This document shows positions 28,551 through 36,327 of a stretch of 64,000 nucleotides of DNA, piece after piece. Source of the stretch: an uncultured virus (IMG/VR IMGVR_UViG_3300050821_008714) (lineage: Duplodnaviria; Heunggongvirae; Uroviricota; Caudoviricetes); IMG/VR virus record IMGVR_UViG_3300050821_008714, one strand, 5' to 3'. Positions within the stretch are counted from its first letter, which is position 1. Every line of letters begins with the position of its first letter. The notes below the pieces were generated by a model. It was given only the letters and a program-made list of their open reading frames with translations, ran no database searches and was not told where the DNA came from. The translations under genes were made by a program, and so were the position numbers.

Positions 28551-28584
28551 TGACAACTATAGCCGTCCGCCGACCGACCCGCAA
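28547..28584 (-). promoter_or_regulatory. SigA-type promoter TTGCGG-N17-TATAGT followed by the TTGTCATCAG motif
   Basis: -35 at 28584-28579, -10 at 28561-28556. Confidence 0.75.
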
Positions 28585-28596
28585 GCCCGGCACGTG

Positions 28597-28629
28597 GAAG
28601 GGGCCCCTGCGGCGGCGAGGGGCCCCTTC
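28597..28629 (-). terminator. Hairpin terminator downstream of the replication operon
   Basis: 12-bp stem GAAGGGGCCCCT/AGGGGCCCCTTC. Confidence 0.7.
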
Positions 28630-28721
28630 GCTTCCCCCGTAGCGCCCCGGCCGCGCGGTTGGCCCGCCCCTCGGGGGGAGAAGGGGCAGACCTGGTCACA
28701 CGCGGCCGGGTGCTTCGCAGC

Positions 28722-29762
28722 CTACTGCGCCCAGGGCGGCTGCGGCGCGCCCTGCGGGCCGCCCTGCTCGGGCTGCTGCGCGGGCGCCTGGCCGTTCCAT
28801 GGCGCGTTGCCGGGCGCGGGCGCGGGCGCCGCGGCGGGCTGCTGCGGCTGCTGCGGGAATGGCGCCGGAGCCGCGCCGTAGCCCGGCTGCGGCGCCTGCT
28901 GCGGCTGCTGCATCGGGTTCCACGGCTGCTGCTCGGGCACGGGCGGCTGCGCCCACGGCGGGACCGCACTGCCGCCGGGCTGCCCGCCGTTGGCGGCGGG
29001 GACGCCCTCCAGCTGCTGCCACGGGTCGACGGGCGCGGGCGCCGCGGCGGGCTGCTGCGGGCCGCCGTAGGGCTGCTGCGGCTGCGGCGTGGCCCACGGG
29101 TCCGGCTGCGGCGGCTGCGCGTAGCTCGGCTGGCTGTAGTCCGGCTGCGGCTGGACGTACGCCGTCGGAGCCTGACCGTAGCCGGGCTGCGGCTGCGGGT
29201 ACTGCCCGTAGGCGGGCTGTGACTGCGGAGCCTGCTGCGGCGGGAACTGCGGCATGCCGCCGTTGAAGCCCATCTGCTGCTGCATCGGGCCGTATCCGGG
29301 CATGGCGGCGGGCGCCTGCGGCTGCTGGAAGGTCGGCCAGGTGGTCGGGGCGCCGGGCCGCGGCGGGCGGACGTCGCGCACCTTGTTGCGCTGCACGCCC
29401 TCGTACTCGTCGAGCACGATCCGGATCAGCACCGGCTTGCCGACCATCGCCTGGGCGATCTGCTCCTCGGGCGGGTTGGTCTTGATCCAGGCCTCCGGGA
29501 TGCCCATGGCCTCCAGGTGCCGGAACATGATGCCGAGCGCCTGCGGGTTGTCGGCGGTGATGGTCATCGGGAACCGGACCTGCGCGCGTCCGGCGTTCGG
29601 GCCGGTCGTCACGCGGAACCGTACGTCCCACTGCCCCTTGTCGCCCGCCTTGGTCTTGCCCCACGTGCTCGACTCGACCACGGCGTCGACCTCGCCGGCG
29701 TCGTAGACGAAGATCGAGCTGTCGGCCTGTCCGTACAGCGAGTTGAAGTCGTACTGTCCCAT
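28722..29762 (-). CDS. ssDNA-binding protein (DUF669-like OB fold) with ~210-aa Q/P/G/Y-rich tail
   Basis: GEVDAVVE..KTKAG..F.VTTGPNAGR..EYEGVQRNKVRDV; follows the AAA and exonuclease genes. Confidence 0.75.
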   Translation of the reverse strand: MGQYDFNSLYGQADSSIFVYDAGEVDAVVESSTWGKTKAGDKGQWDVRFRVTTGPNAGRAQVRFPMTITADNPQALGIMFRHLEAMGIPEAWIKTNPPEEQIAQAMVGKPVLIRIVLDEYEGVQRNKVRDVRPPRPGAPTTWPTFQQPQAPAAMPGYGPMQQQMGFNGGMPQFPPQQAPQSQPAYGQYPQPQPGYGQAPTAYVQPQPDYSQPSYAQPPQPDPWATPQPQQPYGGPQQPAAAPAPVDPWQQLEGVPAANGGQPGGSAVPPWAQPPVPEQQPWNPMQQPQQAPQPGYGAAPAPFPQQPQQPAAAPAPAPGNAPWNGQAPAQQPEQGGPQGAPQPPWAQ

Positions 29763-29765
29763 GGT

Positions 29766-30533
29766 CTAGTTCCTTCTTCCCTGGAGAACCTGCGTGAGCA
29801 TGGTTTCCGCCGTGTATCCGGGGTGGTAGACGTCCCCGATCTTCATGGTGTACGGCAGGCGTCCTCCCAGGCGCTCGCCTGTCTCGAACTGCGGGTGCGG
29901 GCCGATGAACATCAGCCGGTTGCCGTCCTGCTGCGCGCCCAGGTAGCCGAGCACGTCCACGTAGTAGGGCAGGTAGTCCTGGGCCTGGCCCTGCACCATC
30001 GGGCGCCAGCGGCCCTCCTTCAGGTGCGTACCGGCCACGAAGGTCATCGTCCACATCGGCTTGACCGGGTGCGTGATCAGGTCCCGGTACTGGCGGACCA
30101 TCGAGGACACCTGGCGCAGCAGCGCGTTCCAGTGGTCTCGCTCGATCTTGCCGTTACCGGCCAGGTCGTCGATCACCCGCTGCTGGACCTCGGTGACCGA
30201 GTCCATCGAGCAGGAGTTGAACGGGTGCTGGCCGGAGTTCAGGACGCGGTACGTCGCGGACACCGTGCGCGCCTCGCGCACGAGCACAATCGCCGTGTCC
30301 CAGCTTCCGTCCGGCACCGGCGGCGGCTCGCGCAGCGGGTCCCAGTAGATCTTCCTCGACGGGGTCCAGTACGAGGACCCCTCGACGTCGAGCACGAGGC
30401 GCGGCACCGGCCCGGAGTCGGCGAAGGTGGACTTGCCCGCCTTCGGCAGCCCGTGCACGAGGAACGACAGGCCCTGCGCCTTCCGCTGCTGGGGCTGCCG
30501 GACAAATGCAGCGGGCTGCTGCTGGACGGTCAT
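29766..30533 (-). CDS. AAA_24/Sak4-like ATPase (recombinase)
   Basis: Walker A HGLPKAGKST; LVLDVEG; MDSVTEVQ; YVDVLGYL. Confidence 0.85.
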   Translation of the reverse strand: MTVQQQPAAFVRQPQQRKAQGLSFLVHGLPKAGKSTFADSGPVPRLVLDVEGSSYWTPSRKIYWDPLREPPPVPDGSWDTAIVLVREARTVSATYRVLNSGQHPFNSCSMDSVTEVQQRVIDDLAGNGKIERDHWNALLRQVSSMVRQYRDLITHPVKPMWTMTFVAGTHLKEGRWRPMVQGQAQDYLPYYVDVLGYLGAQQDGNRLMFIGPHPQFETGERLGGRLPYTMKIGDVYHPGYTAETMLTQVLQGRRN

Positions 30534-30772
30534 CCGACGACCGCGTTCCAGATCTCCAGGCACGCCATCGCCAGGGTGAACACGACCGCCAGGTTGAACG
30601 CCGCGCGGGTGGTGGTCGTGATCCTGCCGTTGAGCCTCTTCTGCTTCGCCTCGCTGACCGCGTTGCGCTCCGCGATCTTGTTGGCCGTGTCGATGTGCCG
30701 GGCCGCCTGCTCGCCGAGCACGCCCTCCACGACGCTGCGCGGGACGCGGGGGTTGGTTGTCTGTCCATCCAT
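30530..30772 (-). CDS. Small membrane protein
   Basis: Overlapping start/stop on both sides; C-terminal TM segment. Confidence 0.6.
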   Translation of the reverse strand: MDGQTTNPRVPRSVVEGVLGEQAARHIDTANKIAERNAVSEAKQKRLNGRITTTTRAAFNLAVVFTLAMACLEIWNAVVG

Positions 30773-31746
30773 CAGATCTTCGCCATCTCTTCCCTGATCG
30801 TGCGGAGCGCGTCGTCCCTGTAGTACTCGTAGGGGTCCGCCTGGCGGAACCTCCCACTGCGGACAAGGCTACCAGACCAGTCACTGCCGTCGTTCATCAT
30901 GGGGCAGATTTCCTTGAAATCGCACCACCACTTGCAGTCGTTCGGGATCTCCGTGGGGAACATCTCCGACTGCTGCAGCGGGTTGATCACGGACAGGTCT
31001 CCGCCGCTGCGCCGGTACGTGTCATCCAGCAGCGCCCGGTGCTCCATGATCTCCGTAGCCACGGTCTGCACCTTGAGCAGCGTGGCGTGGATCTCGTCGG
31101 GCGTGTACGTGAACGCGTCGCGCCGGTAGAACGGCGGCTCGGCCTTCGCGGTCCGCTTCACCCGGCGCAGCGTGTCGATTGTGAACCCGGCCAGCTTCGG
31201 TCCGTCGGGGCCCGAGGCGAGGTGCTGCACCAGCGTGTAGAACTTCATCTGAGGATTGATCTTCAATTGCTCGGCGACCTCGAACCCGGTTCCGGTCTTG
31301 TAGTCGCGGAACAGCAGCGCCCCGTCCGAGATGCGCTCGGCCACCTGGTCCATCCGCGCGCGCAGTCGCACCCCCGGCACGCCGGGCAGGTCCACCCGGA
31401 TGTCGGTTTCGGTGGCGACGGTCCGGAAGTCGGCGTCGGCGCCCTCCTCGGCCAGCCACTCGACGTATCCGGACACCATGGCCTCGGCCAGCTCGTGCTC
31501 CTTGGCCAGGTCTGCGGCGGATTCCGGAACGCGGTTCGCCTCGATCCTGTAGAGCAGCGCGAGCACCGCGAGCGGGTCGAGCTGGTAGCCGTAGTAGGCC
31601 TCTAGCGCGGTGTGCACCCGAGTGCCGAGCTGCCGGTTGCCGACCGGCGATTCGTCGGTCGGTACGAAACCCAGGTAGTAGGTTAGGTACCAGTTGCGGC
31701 GGCACCTCGTCCACGCGTAGATCTCGGACTGCGAAATCATGGTCAT
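30772..31746 (-). CDS. Cas4/AddB-like PD-(D/E)xK exonuclease with Fe-S cysteines
   Basis: ISQSEI..CRR; GTRVHTALE; RMD..DYKT; CKWWCDFKEIC. Confidence 0.88.
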   Translation of the reverse strand: MTMISQSEIYAWTRCRRNWYLTYYLGFVPTDESPVGNRQLGTRVHTALEAYYGYQLDPLAVLALLYRIEANRVPESAADLAKEHELAEAMVSGYVEWLAEEGADADFRTVATETDIRVDLPGVPGVRLRARMDQVAERISDGALLFRDYKTGTGFEVAEQLKINPQMKFYTLVQHLASGPDGPKLAGFTIDTLRRVKRTAKAEPPFYRRDAFTYTPDEIHATLLKVQTVATEIMEHRALLDDTYRRSGGDLSVINPLQQSEMFPTEIPNDCKWWCDFKEICPMMNDGSDWSGSLVRSGRFRQADPYEYYRDDALRTIREEMAKI

Positions 31747-32906
31747 CTTCCCTGTTCTCCTTCCATGCGGGCCACCAGGCGGCGCAGCGCCTCGGCGCCC
31801 TGCTGCGGCACGACGCCGTTGCCTATGGCCTTGAGCTGGTGGGTGCGCGGGATGCTGGGCACCGCAGTGACCCATCCGTCGGCCAGGCCCATCATCCACT
31901 CGGGGAACCGCGGGCTGAGCCTGGGCCCCGTCCTGCCCGGCGCCGTCGGGCACGGCGCGGCGCGGCCGAGCACCAGCTCCCAGCGCCGGACGGCGGAGGT
32001 GTATACGCCCCAGTCGGGACCCCGGTGGTGCTCGACCTCGTCCGCGAGGGTCGGTCCATGCCCGCCCGCCCTGCGCTTGTCCGGGTCCTGCGAGCCACCG
32101 TTGACCGCGAGCTGCGCGGTCGGGGTCTTGAACAGCCGGATGATCCTGGTCTCCAGGTTGTCCTGCGACTCCGGGCGGGTCAGCGGGTAGACGCCGCCGG
32201 TGGCGTCCTTCGCCCTGGGGGTCGGCATCATCCTGATCGCGTCGAGGAGCGTCGGGCCGTACCCGTCCCCGTACGGCGTTCCGTCCGGCTGGAAGTTCGC
32301 CGTCGAGCCGGGGGAGGAGGATGTCGGGGTCGGCAGCAGGGTCGGCGCTATCGAGTCCAGGGATGACCTGACGGCCGCTCCGGGCGTCGGCGACTGGTTG
32401 CTGCCGTACGGCGTCGCGGTCGGCGTGGGCATCATCCGCATGACCGCGCTCGGCAGCATCAGGTCCCCGGACGATCCGCGCTGGTTCGGGCCGCCCTTGG
32501 TGCCGTCGGTGGCGCGGGGCGTCGGCAGCGGCCTCTGCTCCCCGAACAGGTGGCGGATCATGCAGGACTCCAGATCCTCGGCCGGCCTGGCCGGTCTGGC
32601 CGTCACGGCCACGGCGCCCGACAGGGTCGGGTTGCCGCGCGGCATCGCGGCGCTGGTGCGCTCACCGTCCGAGCGGGTCGGCGTCGGCAGGCCAGGCGAG
32701 GACGAAGAGCCTTGACCGGGGGTGCGGGGCGCCGATGTCGGACGCTCGTATACACTCCCACTCCGCATCGAACCCGAGCGCGGCAAGATCTGCGAGAACG
32801 ATTTCGAGGCCGCGCCTGAGGAGGGCTGCGACATTCTCCAGCAGGACGAGCCGGGGTCGTAGCTCGCCAACGGCCCGTGCGATCTCCGGCCAGAGCCAGC
32901 GGTCAT
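31743..32906 (-). CDS. DNA cytosine-5 methyltransferase, C-terminal subunit (variable region plus motifs IX-X)
   Basis: GGAG RBS and ATG 32906; six (L/M)PTP-type modules; LSPRFPEWMMGL..W; QLKAIGNGVVP. Confidence 0.8.
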   Translation of the reverse strand: MTAGSGRRSHGPLASYDPGSSCWRMSQPSSGAASKSFSQILPRSGSMRSGSVYERPTSAPRTPGQGSSSSPGLPTPTRSDGERTSAAMPRGNPTLSGAVAVTARPARPAEDLESCMIRHLFGEQRPLPTPRATDGTKGGPNQRGSSGDLMLPSAVMRMMPTPTATPYGSNQSPTPGAAVRSSLDSIAPTLLPTPTSSSPGSTANFQPDGTPYGDGYGPTLLDAIRMMPTPRAKDATGGVYPLTRPESQDNLETRIIRLFKTPTAQLAVNGGSQDPDKRRAGGHGPTLADEVEHHRGPDWGVYTSAVRRWELVLGRAAPCPTAPGRTGPRLSPRFPEWMMGLADGWVTAVPSIPRTHQLKAIGNGVVPQQGAEALRRLVARMEGEQGR

Positions 32907-33213
32907 CTTCCACTCCCAGCTTCTTGCCCGCGTCGGACACCGGCTGGCACGGGAAGCCCGCCGTGAGGATGTGCACCCGCTGCACCTTCGAGTAGTCGAC
33001 GGCCGCGATGTTGCCGATGTTCGGCACGCCGGGCCAGTGGTGCGCCATGATCTGCGCGGCGTACTGGTTGGCGTCAGGATTCTTCGTCTTCCTGTCCGGC
33101 GGCTCCCACTGCGCGTACCAGGCGAGCCGCGCCTGCGGGAACACATCCTCGACGGCCAGGTCGAGGCCGCCGTACCCGGAGCACAGGGATCCGATGAGCA
33201 GCTCATCCGCCAC
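32662..33213 (-). CDS. DNA cytosine-5 methyltransferase, N-terminal catalytic subunit (motifs I-VIII)
   Basis: SLCSGYGG (I), AGFPCQ (IV), LLENV (VI), GAPHPRSRLF (VIII); stops before motifs IX/X. Confidence 0.9.
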   Translation of the reverse strand: MADELLIGSLCSGYGGLDLAVEDVFPQARLAWYAQWEPPDRKTKNPDANQYAAQIMAHHWPGVPNIGNIAAVDYSKVQRVHILTAGFPCQPVSDAGKKLGVEDDRWLWPEIARAVGELRPRLVLLENVAALLRRGLEIVLADLAALGFDAEWECIRASDIGAPHPRSRLFVLAWPADADPLGR

Positions 33214-33412
33214 CGTCGCCCCTCACGAACTCTCCGTAGATCACCCGCACCCGGGGCCGCACGGACACCTGCATCTCGTCACGGGCGATCCCGGCCGACG
33301 TCACGGACTCGAACGGGATCTCGATCACGAGCTCGTCGTCACGGTAGTGGATGTCCAATCCGCCGTAGGGGCGCGGGAATCGGATCTCCAGCATCCCTCC
33401 GCCCTCACCCAC
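33203..33412 (-). CDS. Small hypothetical protein
   Basis: Fills the gap with overlaps at both ends. Confidence 0.55.
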   Translation of the reverse strand: MGEGGGMLEIRFPRPYGGLDIHYRDDELVIEIPFESVTSAGIARDEMQVSVRPRVRVIYGEFVRGDGGG

Positions 33413-35288
33413 CGGACTCGCCGCCGATCAGCCAGCGCAGCATGTCGGCGTCCCTGGTGACCTGCGCGGCGCGCTCGCCCTTCTCCTGGCCGAGCTGGTA
33501 GAGGCGCTCCTCGACACTCTTGGGCGTGATCGAGTAGACGATGCGGATGCCGCCCTGCGGGTGCCCCTCCTGTCCGATCCTGTCGATGCGCGAGATCTTC
33601 TGCTCGCGGGACCGCCAGCTCGGGTCCGGCTGCATGAAGTAGATCGTGTGCGCGGCCGTCAGCGTGATGGACTCGGCACCGGCCGCGGTGATGAAGATGA
33701 CCCGGCAGTCGCCGCGCTGGAACCAGGTCACAGCCTGGTCCATGGCGTCCGCGTTCATCCCTCCCACGATCTTGCAGTGCGTGATCTTCTTGGCGGCCAG
33801 GGCCTTCTCCGCCAGCGCGACCAGCTGCGGCGAGTTGGAGGCCACGACCAGCTGGCCGTCCTCGTCCTCCAGGAAGTCGACCAGGTCGGCCACCTTCGAG
33901 CTCGGCGCGACCATGCGCGGGTTCTCCGTGGTGAAGCCGTCGGCGTCCTCGCCCTCGACGACCTCCAGCATCGAGCTGGCCAGCTGGCACAGCCGGGAGA
34001 AGGAGACCAGGTCGTTCTGCGCGACGACCAGGCGGCCTTCGAGCTCGGCCATGGCCGACTTCTTGATCTTGTCGTAGGTGCGCTTCTGCGCCGGGGTCAT
34101 CTCCGGGTACCGGAACACCGGCTCCATCCGCTTCGGCAGGAACGGCAGCGCGATCGCGCGCGGGATGCGCCGGATCAGCGGCTGCACGAAGCTGTGGAAG
34201 GTCTCCGCCGTGTCCGGCCGGATGCCGAGCACTGTGGATCCGCCGTGGAAGTTGTGCTCCTTGATCGCGAACAGGTCCAGGTACCGGCTGCGGGACGGCG
34301 CGGTGGCGATGTCGAGCCCGTGCAGCAGCGGCCACAGCTCGCCGATGTGGTCGCCGATCGGCGTGCCGGTGGCCAGCCAGCGGTACTCGGCCTGGTGCAG
34401 AAGCCACCACAGCGCGCGGGTCTGCTTGGACCTGGCGTCCTGCATGCGGTGCGCCTCGTCGGCGATGACCGTCCGCCAGGGCACGCCGCGCAGGTTCAGA
34501 TCCTTCGCGTGCACCTCGCAGCGGGCCGGTGCGATGCCGTCGTCGATGCCGCCGCAGGCCTTGCACCGGACGAACCGGACGCCCGGGTAGGCCTCCAGGC
34601 GGGTGTGCGCGCGGACGTTCGGCCAACCCATGATCCACACGTCGGCGTCGTCGCGCTCGATCGCCTGGCGGCGGCGCAGCGCCGTGCCGTCGACCACGAC
34701 GGTGCGCAGCTCGGGAGCCCAGTTGGCGATCTCCCTCTCCCAGTTGCGCACCGCCGCGACCGTGCACACCACCAGGGCGGGGAAGGGCCCTGACCCGACC
34801 GAGCCTAGCGCGCGGACGAGCTGCATGGCCCGGATCAGCTGCGCGGTCTTGCCCTGCCCCTGCTCGTCGCCGAGGATGCCGCGTCGGCGATCGGCCAGGT
34901 AGGCGGCCCCGCCGCGCTGGAACGGGTAGAGGCGGCGCGGACGGCCGTCCTCGAACGGCACGCTGAGCTCGTCGAGCCCGTCGAGCACGGCCATCACGTC
35001 CTCGTTGGACTCGTCCGCCGCGCGGTCGTCGAGGGCGCCGCGCAGCTTCCAGGAGTACAGGACGTCTTCGTACGCCTCCTTGGACCAGGCCTGCAGCTCG
35101 GGGCCGCGATCGAGCTGCTGGCCGTGCCAGAGCATGTGTAGCGTGACGACGGTCGCCCAGGACAGCGGGGCGTGCCAGGTGTTCTTATCCTTGTCGAAGT
35201 TGCAGCCGGGGAGCTGGGTGGCGAGGTGGTTCTCCACCGTGCTGCACCCGATGGTGATCTTGCCGTTGATGATCTCAGCCCACGCCAT
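33405..35288 (-). CDS. SNF2-family (SF2) DNA helicase with Zn-finger insertion
   Basis: DEQGQGKT, IADEAH, ATGTP, QKISRIDRIGQ; CKAC..CEVH insert. Confidence 0.9.
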   Translation of the reverse strand: MAWAEIINGKITIGCSTVENHLATQLPGCNFDKDKNTWHAPLSWATVVTLHMLWHGQQLDRGPELQAWSKEAYEDVLYSWKLRGALDDRAADESNEDVMAVLDGLDELSVPFEDGRPRRLYPFQRGGAAYLADRRRGILGDEQGQGKTAQLIRAMQLVRALGSVGSGPFPALVVCTVAAVRNWEREIANWAPELRTVVVDGTALRRRQAIERDDADVWIMGWPNVRAHTRLEAYPGVRFVRCKACGGIDDGIAPARCEVHAKDLNLRGVPWRTVIADEAHRMQDARSKQTRALWWLLHQAEYRWLATGTPIGDHIGELWPLLHGLDIATAPSRSRYLDLFAIKEHNFHGGSTVLGIRPDTAETFHSFVQPLIRRIPRAIALPFLPKRMEPVFRYPEMTPAQKRTYDKIKKSAMAELEGRLVVAQNDLVSFSRLCQLASSMLEVVEGEDADGFTTENPRMVAPSSKVADLVDFLEDEDGQLVVASNSPQLVALAEKALAAKKITHCKIVGGMNADAMDQAVTWFQRGDCRVIFITAAGAESITLTAAHTIYFMQPDPSWRSREQKISRIDRIGQEGHPQGGIRIVYSITPKSVEERLYQLGQEKGERAAQVTRDADMLRWLIGGESGG

Positions 35289-35313
35289 GTCTCTTCCCTG
35301 ATCTCTTGGCCGA

Positions 35314-35778
35314 CTACAAGATGTCAGCAGTGCTGAGCGTAGCACGCCAGTGGTTCGGCAGGTTGTTGCTGCGCAGGCACCACGCCACCAGGTGCTGAGC
35401 CGCGCTCTGCGCGTCGTCCTTGCCGGAGGGCCAGATGCCCAGCTTGCGCAGGACGGCCGGGCTGGCTGGCTTGCGGTCGTCCGGCGCGGCCGGGGTGAGG
35501 AGCCGCACGTGGTGGGTCTTTGCCAGGTACTTGACCACGCCGATCATCTCGATCGTCTCGTGCACCGGCTCCTGCGTCAGCTTGTGCGTGTTCGGGCCGA
35601 TGTGGAATCGCTCAAAACCCAGCATGCCGCCGTGGTTCCACCGCTCGCAGAACGTGGCGATCATCTGCCCGGCCTGGAATGGTGGAAACTCGTCAGCCCA
35701 GAAGAACTTTCCACTCGTCAGCGTGGCGATGCCTGTCATTCCGCCGGGATCAAGCCAGAGTACTGCCGGAGGTAGCAC
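35314..35778 (-). CDS. RuvC-like Holliday junction resolvase
   Basis: LWLDPGGMTG..ERF..EMIGVV..DDAQSAAQH. Confidence 0.75.
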   Translation of the reverse strand: MLPPAVLWLDPGGMTGIATLTSGKFFWADEFPPFQAGQMIATFCERWNHGGMLGFERFHIGPNTHKLTQEPVHETIEMIGVVKYLAKTHHVRLLTPAAPDDRKPASPAVLRKLGIWPSGKDDAQSAAQHLVAWCLRSNNLPNHWRATLSTADIL

Positions 35779-35779
35779 G

Positions 35780-35995
35780 TCAGTCCCTCGCGTCGATGAG
35801 CAGCGGATACAGGGAACCGCCGTCGAAGTCCTTGGACGGCGGGATCTTCGTCCACACCCGCCCCTTCTGGTCCAGCCAGCCGACCCGGCGCAGGGTGGCG
35901 ACGTGGCTGAGCTCCTCGCCCGCCGGATCGGCTGGCACCTTCCAGTCCTCACCCTCGTACGCCTTCATGTCGGTCTGCGCGCCGGGGTACCTCAC
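35780..35995 (-). CDS. Hypothetical protein
   Basis: GTGA overlap; operon packing. Confidence 0.55.
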   Translation of the reverse strand: MRYPGAQTDMKAYEGEDWKVPADPAGEELSHVATLRRVGWLDQKGRVWTKIPPSKDFDGGSLYPLLIDARD

Positions 35996-36327
35996 GTGAG
36001 CCGCCCTCCGGTCTTGTAGTCCACGGCGATCATGACCAGGCGCCATTCGCCGGGCTGCAGGTCCATGTTGACCCTTACAGGGATCTTGAGCTTGTCGAAC
36101 GCGTTCGGCTCGGTGTGCGCGAATTCGATGTCCGGGTCGCGCAGCAGCGTCAGGCGCGTCATCGGATGCATCTCCAGCCGCAGGCTCTCCGGCACCCGGT
36201 TGGGGTCTCTGTCCCAGTACGGGTACGCCTGGTCGAGGTACTCGACGATGGACTGGTGCAGCACCCTGCGCGGGCCGTACAGCTTGAGCGCGGCCATCTC
36301 TTCGAGAGTGCGGTCCTGTTCGCTCAT
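35992..36327 (-). CDS. Hypothetical protein
   Basis: ATGA overlap with the polymerase stop. Confidence 0.6.
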   Translation of the reverse strand: MSEQDRTLEEMAALKLYGPRRVLHQSIVEYLDQAYPYWDRDPNRVPESLRLEMHPMTRLTLLRDPDIEFAHTEPNAFDKLKIPVRVNMDLQPGEWRLVMIAVDYKTGGRLT

